A stretch of 64,000 nucleotides of DNA from Eledone cirrhosa (lineage: Eukaryota): NCBI GenBank assembly GCA_964016885.1, contig OZ024761.1, forward strand, positions 20,770,001-20,834,000. Reading direction: 5' to 3'. The position numbers and the translations under genes are program-made. This document shows, one piece after another, positions 13,900 through 27,660 of this stretch; position 1 is the first letter of the stretch; every line of letters begins with the position of its first letter. The notes under the pieces are model-generated. The model ran no database searches. It worked only from the letters and a program-made list of their open reading frames with translations, and had not been told where the DNA came from.

Positions 13900-14246
13900 G
13901 TTTGTGGCAGCCATGATTTTTATTACCTCCCTTGAAATCTGGTTTTTTTTCTTCCCCCATTGAGAAAATTACCCAGAATGCTTTGAGTGAAGCATGCGCA
14001 GTTCAATCGTGCCGCTGTGCCAGTCGCAGCAGGACGTTTAGATGGCTGCATCGGTCGAGACGAACGTGAATTATTATTGGCAGCAAAGAAGAAATTGGAA
14101 AGAAAAGTTCTTGAAAATTATTGAAAAAAACAATTGGAAAATTGTGGAAATCCGAGAATAATACGACTGAGAACTGTGGCGGAGGCGGAGGCGAAGAAAA
14201 AAAAATAACCACCACTTCTTGTTCTCAACAACAACAGCAGCAGCAC
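13900..14246 (+). promoter_or_regulatory. Putative MEPCE promoter and non-coding first exon
   Basis: Locally CpG-rich patch in AT-rich DNA. ZNF143/Staf-like TTACCCAGAATGCTTTG (13969-13985), NRF1-like GCATGCGCA (~13992), YY1-like GCCATGATTTT and AGATGGCTGC. Candidate donor cac|gtatgt at 14247; candidate acceptor ttaaaatag| at 21787, upstream of the ATG. Confidence 0.5.
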
Positions 14247-14939
14247 GTATGTGTGTGACTCTCTCTCTATCTCTCTCTACTCTTCTTACTCTCTATCTAC
14301 GTCTCTCATTCCCCCTCTCTCTAATCTCTCAAGCGTCTCCCACTCTTACTCTGTCTATATTTCACTTCTTACTCCAGCTCTCCCTCTTCTTTCATTTTCG
14401 CTTTATAACACATCCTCCCCTTTCCTCCTTCTCCACTTCCCCCCTCTCTCTCTCTCTTTCTGCCTGTTAAACATACCCTTTCTCTTTCTTCCTCTCTCCA
14501 TCTTTTCATCATACCGTATCACTCTCTCTCACTCCCTCTCTCTATTCACCCATGTGAACTCTCTATCCCTCTCTTCTATACCTCCGTTCTACGCCTTCTT
14601 TCGTCTCTCCTTCATTCCCTGTCTTTCTGTGATTATTATTTATTCCTTCTTTAACGTTCAACATTTTTCTCCTCTCCACTTATTTTACCATTAATGTTAT
14701 TCTCCCCCCACAAAAGTAACATGTTCTTTGTTGAAAATACTTTCAATTGTCTACATTAACACTTTACTCTAATATACACACGTATATATATTTTATATAT
14801 ACATATATATATTCATTCATACACTATCCTTAAATATGTATATATAAGTTTATCCCGGGTTCTATCGGGGGTAACCACAGTAAGTAAGGTACTCCTCATG
14901 ATTTCTCCCGAATGAAACAGTTCTAGTCCTGTAGAAGCC

Positions 14940-14993
<54 letters not shown>

Positions 14994-15472
14994 GTTTAAC
15001 ATGCATAAACAAGGTTTTCGTCTTGTGTATATTTACATACATGTGCATGATATCTAAGTCTCGTAGTTGGTGTGTGTATATATAGATATATACCTAGATA
15101 ATATATATATATATATATATATATATAGTTTTATTAGACTATATATATGTGTGTCTATATTGTATCTGTACTTTTGACCGTTGGTCAGTCAATGGTAAAC
15201 ATTGAGGACCAAATAAATTAGATTAACCGATATAAAAGACAGAAGCTATAACCAACCAAACAGTGAGTGTTCTGTTATTAATTCTGGCAATATTATTACA
15301 ACAATATCACCCTCCCCATATATATATATATATACTCTTTTGACTGAAACAGTTCTAGTCCCGTAGAAGCCATCTCTATACTAAACTTGATGTTTATACT
15401 CTACTAATGTATTGAGTACTTAACTTACTGTGGTTACCTCCGATTGAGCCCAGGACTCACACACATACAGAC

Positions 15473-15517
<45 letters not shown>

Positions 15518-15668
15518 TCTGTATGTGTTGTTATATATTTGTCCAGTGATATAACCTGAGTAATATCCAATTATCTCACCTGTAGACATCGATCACCTGG
15601 AATAGATGAAACAAACCATCGAAGTTGTTATAGGAGGTTGTAGGTTTGTTTTGACATCTGTTGGAACA

Positions 15669-16430
15669 ACACATGGCTCGGGTGTAACACATCTGTCTAC
15701 ATATACACACATGGCTCGGGTGTAACACATCTGTCTACATATACACACATGGCTCGGGTGTAACACATCTGTCTAGATATACACACATGGCTCGGGTGTA
15801 ACACATCTGTCTAGATATACACACATGGCTCGGGTGTAACACATCTGTCTACATATACACACATGGCTCGGGTGTAACACATCTGTCTAGATATACACAC
15901 ATGGCTCGGGTGTAACACATCTGTCTACATATACACACATGGCTCGGGTGTAACACATCTGTCTACATATACACACATGGCTCGGGTGTAACACATCTGT
16001 CTAGATATACACACATGGCTCGGGTGTAACACATCTGTCTACATATACACACATGGCTCGGGTGTAACACATCTGTCTACATATACACACATGGCTCGGG
16101 TGTAACACATCTGTCTAGATATACACACATGGCTCGGGTGTAACACATCTGTCTACATATACACACATGGCTCGGGTGTAACACATCTGTCTACATATAC
16201 ACACATGGCTCGGGTGTAACACATCTGTCTAGATATACACACATGGCTCGGGTGTAACACATCTGTCTACATATACACACATGGCTCGGGTGTAACACAT
16301 CTGTCTACATATACACACATGGCTCGGGTGTAACACATCTGTCTAGATATACACACATGGCTCGGGTGTAACACATCTGTCTAGATATACACACATGGCT
16401 CGGGTGTAACACACGTGTCTACATATACAC
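15669..16430. repeat. 38-bp minisatellite, ~20 copies
   Basis: Unit acacatggctcgggtgtaacacatctgtcta(c/g)atatac; atggctcggg at 15673, 15711 ... 16395; decays into a CA-rich tract up to ~16830. Confidence 0.95.
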
Positions 16431-17112
16431 GCATGTGTCTATATATATACATACATACATACACCTGTCTACATATACACACATGGCTCGGGTGTAACAC
16501 GGTGTCTACATACAGACATACACATGTCTACATATATACACACATCTGTCTACATACACACATCTGTCTACATACACACACATCTGTCTACATGCACACA
16601 CGTGTCTACATACACACACATGGCACTCTACATACACATACATCTGTCTACATACACACACATGGCAGTCTACATACACATACATCTGTCTACATACACA
16701 CACATGGCAGTCTACATGCACACACGTGTCTACATACACATACACACACACATGGCAGCCTACATACACATACATCTGTCTACATACACACACTTTCATA
16801 TATACCTGTGTACACACACACACACACATATATAGCTGTCGAAACGGCCGGAGCTCAGCCGTCGGGGTCCTCAATCTTTTCATATATATATATATAACAT
16901 ATCTAACAACTCTGACGACCGATCTAGTCGTATATTAATACTGCCCAGGGTCCTGAAACCTTTAGTAATGGATTAGTTATATATTGTGTTATATATGAAA
17001 AGATTCAGGAGCCCGACGGCTGAGCTCCAGCCGTTTCATATTACCCACTCTACTACCCCAAGTATCGAGTACTCTGGTGGGTTATTGTCTACCTGGTTTT
17101 TACCACACCCTA

Positions 17113-17154
<42 letters not shown>

Positions 17155-17724
17155 GCATATATATATATACATATATATATGTATATATACACACGTTATT
17201 GTGTAATCTTCCGGGTATGTACACACGTTACACACACATCGATGTAATTTTCACTTGTCCACCCGTTGTTTTTACCACCCTTTCATCTCATCATCACCAT
17301 CATCGCCGTCATCTCATTAACATCACCTCATCACACATCGTTTCTTTTGTTGTCATCATCGTCATATCATCAGACATCGTTTCTTTCATTGTTGTCATTA
17401 CCGCCATCATCATCATCATCTCACCGTCGTCATCTCATGATCACCCTTTCATCATCATCATCGTCATATCATCACTATATCCTCTCATCAGACATCGTTT
17501 CTTTCATTGTTGTCATTACCGCCATCATCATCATCATCATCCTTTCATCTCATCATCTCACCGTCGTCATCTCATGATCACCCTTTCATCACCATCATCG
17601 TCATATCATCATCACTATATCCTCTCATCGTCACCCTCAGACATAGTTTCTGTCATTGTTGTCATTACCGCCATCACAACAACCACATCCCCACCAATCC
17701 ATTTATCTCCCTACATGTGCGTGA

Positions 17725-17756
<32 letters not shown>

Positions 17757-17759
17757 GTT

Positions 17760-18615
17760 TCCTTATCATCTCTCCCATCCTCTTCACTCATCATCTCTCT
17801 CATCCACATCACATCTCTCTCATCCACATCACATCTCTCCCATCCTCATCACATCTCTCTCATCCACATCACATCTCTCTCATCCACATCACATCTCTCT
17901 CATCCACATCACATCTCTCTCATCCACATCACATCTCTCCCATCCTCTTCACATCTCTCTCATCCTCTTCACTTATCATCTCTCCCATCCTCATCACATC
18001 TCTCTCATCCTCTTCACTTATCATCTCTCCCATCCTCATCACATCTCTCCCATCCTCATCACATCTCTCTCATCCTCTTCACTTATCATCTCTCCCATCC
18101 TCATCACATCTCTCCCATCCTCATCACATCTCTCTCATCCTCTTCACTTATCATCTCTCTCATCCACATCACATCTCTCTCATCCTCTTCACTTATCATC
18201 TCTCCCATCCTCATCACATCTCTCTCATCCTCATCACATCTCTCTCATCCTCTTCACTTATCATCTCTCCCATCCTCATCACATCTCTCTCATCCACATC
18301 ACATCTCTCTCATCCACATCACATCTCTCCCATCCTCATCACATCTCTCCCATCCTCATCACATCTCTCCCATCCTCATCACATCTCTCTCATCCTCTTC
18401 ACTTATCATCTCTCTCATCCTCATCACATCTCTCTCATCCTCTTCACTTATCATCTCTCCCATCCTCATCACATCTCTCCCATCCTCATCACATCTCTCT
18501 CATCCTCTTCACTTATCATCTCTCCCATCCTCATCACATCTCTCCCATCCTCATCACATCTCTCTCATCCTCTTCACTTATCATCTCTCCCATCCTCATC
18601 ACATCTCTCTCATCC
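17760..18615. repeat. G-free mosaic minisatellite (20- and 25-bp units)
   Basis: Interleaved catcctcatcacatctctc(c/t) and catcctcttcacttatcatctctcc units; essentially no G on the + strand. Confidence 0.9.
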
Positions 18616-19572
18616 GACTCAGTTCTCCTGTCAAAGTCTCTAAATTACTTTTTTTTTAATCTCTCTCTCTCTCTCTCTCTCTCTCCCCCTTCCCTTTCTT
18701 ATGATGTAACCAAGAAAAATACAACTTTAGTTGAATACATACATATATATATTATATTATGGAGTGCTGTTGGCTTTTCGCTGCAGTGTTTTCTATACCT
18801 TTCATTTATATATGTATGTATATATATATGTGTGTGTATATATATATATGTGTGTGTGTGTGTATATATTTAAATATTTTCCTTCTAAAGATATTACTTC
18901 ATCCATTTTCCTGTCATATTTTGTTTTATGTCGTCTCTCGCCAGTAGCTGACTCCGAAGTTGTCAGCTTTTCAAATAACTTTAAACTTTTTATTTAAATA
19001 ACCACCTTTACAAATACCTTTGTATTTTATCATTATTATTTATTTTATTTTATCTTGGATTGGCAGTAGAATCGGTAGAGTGTCCGGACACCATTGCTTG
19101 GCAGCATAGTGTTATGGCTCTTTACGTTCTGAGTTCAAATCCCGCCGAGGTTAGCTTTGCCTTTCGTTCTTACGAGGGGGGGGGGGTTGATAGGTTGATA
19201 AGATAAAGTACCAGTAATGTACTGAGGTCGATTTAATAGACTTTCTCCTTCCCCCAAATTATCCTTCTGCCTAAATTAGAAACAATTATATGTTTTTATA
19301 GGCCCTTGTGTCCAATAAAGAGATTCTTCTTATTTTTAGTGAGGTCTGTTGTAATCATCTTGCTCAACGAGGATGACCACTAAGTCCTGTTATAAATTGT
19401 TGTATGTTTGTAGTTATCATCATCATCATCGTTTAGCATCCAATTTCCACGCTAGCATGGGTCATACAGGTTGTCCCATTTGAGGTAAGTTGGGTCTGGT
19501 GACCGTGTCTTGCTCATACAGAACTGTTTCTGGCTTGGTTTCTATTGTTGGATGCCCTTCCCAATGCCAACC

Positions 19573-21230
19573 ACATTTACAGTGTGTGTTGGGTGCTTTT
19601 TGTCGTGACTCCTACACAACCACTTTACAGTGTGTGTTGGGTGCTTTTTGTCGTGACTCCTACACAACCACTTTACAGTGTGGACTGGGTACTTATTGTC
19701 GTGACTCCTACATGACCACTTTACAGTGTGTGTTGGGTGCTTTTTGTCGTGACTCCTACACAACCACTTTACAGTGTGTGTTGGGTGCTTTTTGTCGTGA
19801 CTCCTACATGACCACTTTACAGTGTGGACTGGGTACTTATTGTCGTGACTCCTACATGACCACTTTACAGTGTGTGTTGGGTGCTTTTTGTCGTGACTCC
19901 TACACAACCACTTTACAGCGTGGACTGGGTACTTATTGTCGTGACTCCTACATGACCACTTTACAGTGTGGACTGGGTACTTATTGTCGTGACTCCTACA
20001 TGACCACTTTACAGTGTGGACTGGATAGTTATTGTCGTGACTCCTACATGACCACTTTACAGTGTGGACTGGGTACTTATTGTCGTGACTCCTACATGAC
20101 CACTTTACAGTGTGTGTTGGGTGCTTTTTGTCGTGACTCCTACACAACCACTTTACAGTGTGTGTTGGGTGCTTTTTGTCGTGACTCCTACATGACCACT
20201 TTACAGTGTGGACTGGGTACTTATTGTCGTGACTCCTACATGACCACTTTACAGTGTGTGTTGGGTGCTTTTTGTCGTGACTCCTACACAACCACTTTAC
20301 AGCGTGGACTGGGTACTTATTGTCGTGACTCCTACATGACCACTTTACAGTGTGGACTGGGTACTTATTGTCGTGACTCCTACATGACCACTTTACAGTG
20401 TGGACTGGGTACTTATTGTCGTGACTCCTACATGACCACTTTACAGTGTGGACTGGGTACTTATTGTCGTGACTCCTACATGACCACTTTACAGTGTGTG
20501 TTGGGTGCTTTTTGTCGTGACTCCTACACAACCACTTTACAGCGTGGACTGGGTACTTATTGTCGTGACTCCTACATGACCACTTTACAGTGTGGACTGG
20601 GTACTTATTGTCGTGACTCCTACACAACCACTTTACAGCGTGGACTGGGTACTTATTGTCGTGACTCCTACATGACCACTTTACAGTGTGGACTGGGTAC
20701 TTATTGTCGTGACTCCTACATGACCACTTTACAGTGTGGACTGGGTACTTATTGTCGTGACTCCTACATGACCACTTTACAGTGTGGACTGGGTACTTAT
20801 TGTCGTGACTCCTACATGACCACTTTACAGTGTGGACTGGGTACTTATTGTCGTGACTCCTACATGACCACTTTACAGCGTGGACTGGGTACTTATTGTC
20901 GTGACTCCTACATGACCACTTTACAGTGTGGACTGGGTACTTATTGTCGTGACTCCTACATGACCACTTTACAGTGTGGACTGGGTACTTATTGTCGTGA
21001 CTCCTACATGACCACTTTACAGTGTGGACTGGGTACTTATTGTCGTGACTCCTACATGACCACTTTACAGTGTGGACTGGGTACTTATTGTCGTGACTCC
21101 TACATGACCACTTTACAGCGTGGACTGGGTACTTATTGTCGTGACTCCTACATGACCACTTTACAGCGTGGACTGGGTACTTATTGTCGTGACTCCTACA
21201 TGACCACTTTACAGTGTGGACTGGATAGTT
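19573..21230. repeat. 48-bp minisatellite, ~34 copies, SINE-derived
   Basis: Unit cactttacagtgtggactgggtacttattgtcgtgactcctacatgac plus a tgtgttgggtgctttt variant; directly continues the SINE at 19420-19570. Confidence 0.95.
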
Positions 21231-22007
21231 GCCTATGTAGATTTGCCTACCAACAATCTCTGCCGAATTCATAGAAATATTCAAGATTCTTCAGCAAATG
21301 GTTTTCCTAGTGCTTGCTGCGCTCTTGCATCCAACATTCACTGGAGGGAATCGGCTACTGCACACTCGTGGACGTGTTGTTTGTGGTAGTAGCTGTGATC
21401 CCTGCACACGTGATGGTGGTTTTAGTTTCTAAATTTGGGCACAAGGCCAGCAATTTGAAGGAAGGAAAAGGAGGAAAAGTCAATTAAATCAGCCCCCAGT
21501 GTCTTACTGGTACTTTATTAATCGACCCCTCTCCCTGTATGGATGAAAGCTAAAGCTAATCACCAGACAATTGTGGCTCTTTACCATAAACATCCTCACA
21601 AATTCCAATACCTCCAAATATTTTTCTATATAACAGCCAAACTTTTACAACTTTCATAGCAATAATAGTAATTATTTTTTTATAAAAAAATTTTGATATA
21701 TTTTTGTTTGATAATTTTTTTTATATAGTTTTAAACATGTTGGATTTATATAAACGCTTTTTTTTTAACCTTCTCTATTTAAAATAGATTTTTCCAAAGA
21801 AGCACACGACACATCTAACTACATTTAATCACACAATTTTGACATTTATAAAGAGTATTTCAAACTTCTATTGGTTGCTCGTGGATGCGTGTGTGAGTGT
21901 GTGTATTCTCATCCCATAATATAAAGACTTGGAAGAACTTGGACAAAAAAGTTCTCTTAAATTTTGAAGATCTCCTCCAAGACATATATAATAAACAGAT
22001 AAACATC

Positions 22008-23474
22008 ATGAGTGCTGTTGACTTGAAAACGGCTGTGAAAGCACATTTTGATTTGAAAGATTTTAAATGCAGACCTTCCGAAACATCTGTGTTGACAAGC
22101 TCAACAGTGAAGTCACCCGTGGCAAATTTAAGGCCGATGGGAGATTTAGAAAACAGCCGTGAATGTCAGAATTTTGATATGGAGAACGAGCCAGCAAAAC
22201 AAGGCAAAGGAGACGGTGTAAAGTTCTCTTATCCGATCCATCGGAAGCGGCATCGCTTCTTGAACAGGTCCGGAACGACAGACAACTATCATAATAAGAA
22301 GCGGCGGAAAGGTGAGAAGATAATACTGCCGACCAAGTTTCTGTTGGGTGGAAACATCAACGATCCTTTAAATCTGAACAGTTTGTGTGACGAGGAAGTT
22401 AACAGAGCTTTAAACGAACGGACACCTCATTCATCTCCTGTGCCAACACCTGCTCATCGGCGTGATGTCGCGGTTGTCATGCCTAGAAACAAGTTTGATC
22501 CGCTCAACCTGAACGAACCCGATATGGAAAACGAACCATTAACTCCAGCGAAAATGAACGCGAAAAGGAAAAAGAGACACAAAGGTCGTAAAAAAAATGA
22601 CAGCGGCCATGTCGCTGGTGACTCAGTAACAACTCCTACTACACCAATATGTCTTTCTAAGGAGTCGGAGAAGAAGAAGATACTTGCTGAAGCCCTCAAG
22701 ATTGAAATAGATGATGAAAGTGTACCTGTGGTGACAAGTACTGTCATTGTCTCCAGGCATAATAGATCCGCTGTGGCCCCTTTGACGTTGTCTGTCTCTA
22801 CGCCTGTCTTGTCTTCATTGTCATCTGCCGGGTCCCTGACCAACACCGAAACAAGCGAGAACCACAAGGGGAAGTCCGAAGATAAGATAGTCTCGCCAGT
22901 GATACCCCAGCTTTCACCGAAAAACCGTAGACGTCGTTTGGCCAGTTTCTCAGAGAACCGAACGGCAGACCCGAATTTGCCAGCTTCCAAAAATTTAAAT
23001 CGAGCTGAAAGCTGCCCCAGTGATGTTGGAAAACCTGCCGCCACTCGTAAGAATCGAAGGCGACAGAGCCATCGTGGAGGGAAAGGAGGAAACAGTGCCA
23101 ATTCGAAATCATCTCGATTCATTTACGGCAATTATAACCGTTACTATGGTTACCGCAATGCTGACGAGACCGACCACCGTACCAACTGCTTCAAACAAGA
23201 GTGGTTTGAGGGCAAGAAAATATTGGATATCGGATGTAATGTTGGACACCTCACTTTATTTGTGGCCCGTGAGTTCAAACCCCAGATGATCATCGGACTT
23301 GACATTGACAGTAAACTGATTTCTGCTGCTCGGAACAACATCCGGCATTATATGAGTAAGAATGACCAGAGTAAATTCCCGGCATCTTGTAAACTGAGCT
23401 ACGGACCTTTGGCGGCCCCTATTCACCAAGAATCACAGCAGAGAATCTTCCCACACAATGTCAGCTTCAGACAG
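22008..23474 (+). CDS. MEPCE: 7SK snRNA methylphosphate capping enzyme (Bin3/MEPCE), coding exon 1
   Basis: ATG at 22008 (aacatcATGagt). Contains the MEPCE N-terminal motif LPTKFLLGGNINDPLNLNSL, the FIYGNYNRYYGYRN motif and SAM-binding motif I ILDIGCNVGHLTL...GLDID. Ends ...NVSFRQ|gtaagg, phase 0 (489 codons). Confidence 0.95.
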
Positions 23475-23514
23475 GTAAGGACCTTTTCATTTTATTTTCT
23501 GTGTGATTGAAAAG

Positions 23515-23672
23515 TATCGTATTTCCCAGCATGGAAGACGCTACTTTCCCCCCTAAGATAAGTCCCAAAAATCTGCCGTGTGTCCTGGAGGCAGAAGGTT
23601 GTTTGTTATTTTTTTCTTCAAATTTTTGGTTGTCAAAATTAGGGTGGGTCCTCGAGGACGGGAAATAGGGTA
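23515..23672. mobile_element. Degenerate pogo/Tigger-like MITE
   Basis: Termini TATCGTATTTCCC ... GGGAAATAGGGTA resemble TACCGTATTTCCC-type TIRs. Confidence 0.55.
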
Positions 23673-23969
23673 ATTAAAAGAGTTTCAAAAATAAAACTAT
23701 TGGAGCTTCAAGTAGATTGAAAGAAATTCTTAGAAAATATTGAAATCTTAAACACAGAAAATGCCTGGAATGGGTTCCAGCTGTAGAAAGCTTGCCAAAA
23801 GACAATAGCCTCCTTAGTGCTGGTGTCATGATAAAATGTACTTGGTAGTGGGAAGGGGAGACATGTGAGATGCAGGAGTCTGGCCCATTTGTGAGGTCAG
23901 TTGCTTCACTTGAGTTCTGATTTAGTACATGATGACCCGTCCAACCCATGCTAGCAGAGAAAATGGACG

Positions 23970-24660
23970 TTAACCCTTTAGCATTTACATTACTCTATAT
24001 ATCATCATTATCGTTTAACACCCATCTTCCACACTAGCATGGGTTAGACGGTTTTGTTCCACTTGATGCGGGATTGGTCGGGAGACTGTGTCTTGCTCAT
24101 ACAGAACTGTCCCTGGCTGGTGAAAATCATTCATTTCATCATTTCATTTTACGTCCGCTTTTCCCTGCTTGCAAGGGTGGGACGGGAACTGATTCTGGCT
24201 TGATTTCTACAGCTGGATGCCCTTCTTAACACCAACCTCATTTACAGTGAGTGCTGGGTGCTTTTTTGGCGTGGCGCCTACACGTCCACTTTGCAGTGGA
24301 ATAATAGGGAACCCAGTCCCTATCATCTCATTTCTACAGCTGAGTAAACTGGAGCAATGTGAAATAAAGTGTCTTGCTCAAGGAAACAACACATCACTCG
24401 GTCTGAGAATTGAACTCACAACCTTTCGATTGCAAGGCCAATGCTCTAACCACTAAGCCATGTGCCTCCATAGCCATGTGCCTCCATACAATATACTATT
24501 GTATTTTCATGGTAAAGGCTTTACCTCATATTATTGAATCTGAGATTTTGATATTTATTTTGAGAACAATACCTTAATGTCAGTATGAGCAGCTAGTTAT
24601 GGCTGGTTTGAACTGAAAGAGGTGAGAGAATTCTGGCCGGTTTAAATGCTAAAGGGTTAA
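23970..24660 (-). mobile_element. Same TTAA MITE family, carrying nested SINEs
   Basis: TTAA-CCCTTTAGCATTTA ... TAAATGCTAAAGGG-TTAA; SINE sequence between ~24000 and 24488. Confidence 0.8.
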
Positions 24661-25194
24661 TTGATGATGATGATATATATATAGAGAGATGTTTATGAAT
24701 CATCTATGGAGAAAGCCAAGGTCTTGTCATTTCATCTTGTGTATTCTGCTTAAAAATATTCAAAATTAAATTGGGTTAATAACAAGAAGAAAAAAAATTG
24801 TCTTCGAACACAAGAAAATCATCACAGGTGTTGTTAATCTTGTTATGTAATGAGCTAAATGAATTGAGTAATTAGTCAACTATTATGTCAGTTATATGAT
24901 GACTTGAATGTAATTAGTTAATTAAGGCTTTTGTTAATTGAATTTCCTAAATTATAACTTTTGTGACATAAAAAAAATAAAATATATATTTTCTCTATTT
25001 TATGCAAATTAGACAAAAATCTTGAAAAATTTATAACTTTTGTGACATAATAAAAAAAAAACCCAGTAGGCTATGTAGCCGGTAAACTCTAAAGGGACGC
25101 AATACACATTGCTATAGCGTTTCACCAGCCCCTTCTGTTGTCTGTATCTGTTTATGTATTTACCTGTAGATGTCTGTATGTCACTCAATAGATG

Positions 25195-25790
25195 TCTGTA
25201 TGTAACACAGTAGATGTGTGTGTATGTAACACAGTAGATGTGTGTGTATGTAACACAGTAGATGTGTGTGTATGTAACACAGTAGATGTGTGTGTATGTA
25301 ACACAGTAGATGTGTGTGTATGTAACTCAGTAGATGTGTCTGTATGTAACACAGTAGATGTGTGTGTATGTAACTCAGTAGATGTGTGTGTATGTAACTC
25401 AGATGTGTGTGTATGTAACACAGTAGATGTGTCTGTATGTAACACAGTAGATGTGTCTGTATGTAACACAGTAGATGTGTCTGTATGTAACTCAGTAGAT
25501 GTGTCTGTATGTAACTCAGTAGATGTGTCTGTATGTAACACAGTAGATGTGTGTGTATGTAACACAGTAGATGTGTGTGTATGTAACACAGTAGATGTGT
25601 CTGTATGTAACACAGTAGATGTGTCTGTATGTAACACAGATGGGTGTGTATGTAACACAGTAGATGTGTGTGTATGTAACACAGTAGATGTGTGTGTATG
25701 TAACACAGTAGATGTGTCTGTATGTAACACAGTAGATGTGTCTGTATGTAACACAGTAGATGTGTCTGTATGTAACAGTAGATGTGTGTG
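25195..25790. repeat. 24-bp minisatellite, ~25 copies
   Basis: Unit tgtaacacagtagatgtgt(g/c)tgta. Confidence 0.92.
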
Positions 25791-26513
25791 TATGAAACTA
25801 AAGTGTAACGTGCGTTAGCAATGGACAACTAAATGATTTTAACTTGTATTTTTAACAATTGATGGTGTAGAAGATTTCAAATTGTTTCAACTCAGTAAAA
25901 GGCCACGACTCAAAGTGTCTGACACTCTTGTATGTATGTGTCTATCATTATCGTTTAACATCCATTTTCCATGCTAGCATGGGTAGGACAGGTTGTCCCT
26001 TTGGGAGAGAATCAGGTCCGAGGACCATAATTCGCTCACCCTGGAGCTGATTTTGGCTTGGTTTCTACAGCTGGAGGGCTTTCCTAACGCCAACCCCATT
26101 TACAGTGTGGACTGGAAGCTTTTTGTCGTGTCACCTCCGTTTGTATGTATGTATATGTGTGTGTATATATATATATATGTGTGTATATGTATATATATAT
26201 ATATATGTATATATATGTGTGTGTATATGATAAGTGAAACTATTATGGCTGGCTTGAAATGTAAAGTGCCTCTAGGTATGTAGGTTAGGTGTCACAAGGA
26301 GGAGGAGTGACCGCTCTCCCCCTGTGCCAGTGACAGCTGGTGTGTTCTGGTGTTTCAATATCAGGTTTATTCTGTGAAAGATAAGTGTTAAGCTGGTTAG
26401 TTCTGCAGCCAACCTGGCATAGATAACACACCCAGCTCTGGTATGTCTTCAGCTCTAATATGTTTTATGTAGAATAATCCTCTATTATTCTATAAGCATA
26501 ACAATAGAAATAT

Positions 26514-26591
<78 letters not shown>

Positions 26592-27347
26592 ATTATATAT
26601 AGAGTTATGGCGGTGGATTGGTAGAATCGGTAGAGAGTCGGACACCATGCTTTCCAGCATAGTTACGTCCCTTTACGGTCTGAGTTCAAATCCCGCCGAG
26701 GTTTACTTTGCCTTTCATCCTTACGGGGTCGATAAAATAAAGTACCAGTAATACACTGGGTAATTGCTGGCCTTGTGCCTAAAGTAGAAACAATTATATA
26801 TAGAGTTATAAACTCAAATAGTCTTTTACAATTAAGTAGCTCAAAGAAAGGAATATTTCTGAGCCGTGTAATACAAATGAATATATGATAGGGATATCAT
26901 AAAATATATGATATTTTAATTAGTATTTTTCAATCTAGCTAACATGGTCAGTTACACTGCAAACACATGTATACTTGTATCAGTGTTTATCCCTATCATA
27001 TATTCATTTGTATATATATATATATCATCATCATCATCATCATCGTCGTTTAACGTCCATCTTCCACGCTTGCATGGGTTTGGACGGGAGTTTTCCCACT
27101 TGAAGCAAGATTTGTTGTCCTGCTCGTATAGGACTGTCTGGCGGGTTTTCTACGGCTGGATGCCCTTCCTAACACCAACCACGTTTACAGTGTGGACTGG
27201 GAGGTTTTTACCGTGTTACCTACATATATATCATTCTCATTTCTCACTTGTTGTGCTTGTAAGCAGGGAAAAGTGGGCGTAAAATGATGATGATGATATT
27301 GAATCATTCATCATCATAATTTAACGTCCATCTTCCATGCTAGCATG

Positions 27348-27401
<54 letters not shown>

Positions 27402-27414
27402 CATGATGATCATC

Positions 27415-27660
27415 ATCATCGTTTAATGTCCATTTTCCACTCTAGCATGAGTTAGACAGGAATTGTCCCACTTGAGGCAAGGTTGGTCAGGTGACCGTGT
27501 CTCGCTCGTATAGGACTGTCAGGCGGGTTTTCTACAGCTGGATGCCCTTCCTAACACCAACCACATTTACAGTGTGGACTGGGAGCCTTTTTACTGTGTC
27601 TCCTACAAGACCACCTTACAGCGTAGACTGGGTGCTTTTTACCATGACACCTACATGACC
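27415..27660 (-). mobile_element. SINE family C body/tail (CCCATGCTAGCATGG...GGACGTTAA(GAT)n)
   Basis: Recurs at ~2760-2985, 3530-3840, 19420-19570, 27030-27220, 39265-39460, 48575-48840 and 49700-49965; contains a 48-bp internal subrepeat. Confidence 0.75.

Noticed and set aside
9580-13915. Possible divergent minus-strand gene (ATGGCTGCC at ~13914, candidate exons near 13312-13340 and 9580-9620)
   Set aside because: Individual splice-like signals exist, but I could not join them into a consistent frame or recognise a product.
15669-16430. CRISPR-like appearance of 38-48-bp repeat arrays
   Set aside because: Units are directly tandem with no unique spacers, there are no cas genes, and the context is eukaryotic and spliced.
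17199-18873. His/Ser/Leu-rich ORFs of 370-486 aa in three frames
   Set aside because: A G-free minisatellite with almost no possible stop codons; not evidence of coding.
19490-21284. 594-aa and 580-aa ORFs on opposite strands
   Set aside because: Translation of a 48-bp SINE-derived tandem repeat that happens to lack stops; lies upstream of the MEPCE ATG, probably in a 5' intron; no coding flanks.
22454-23122. 222-aa antisense ORF
   Set aside because: Shadow of the MEPCE exon on the opposite strand.
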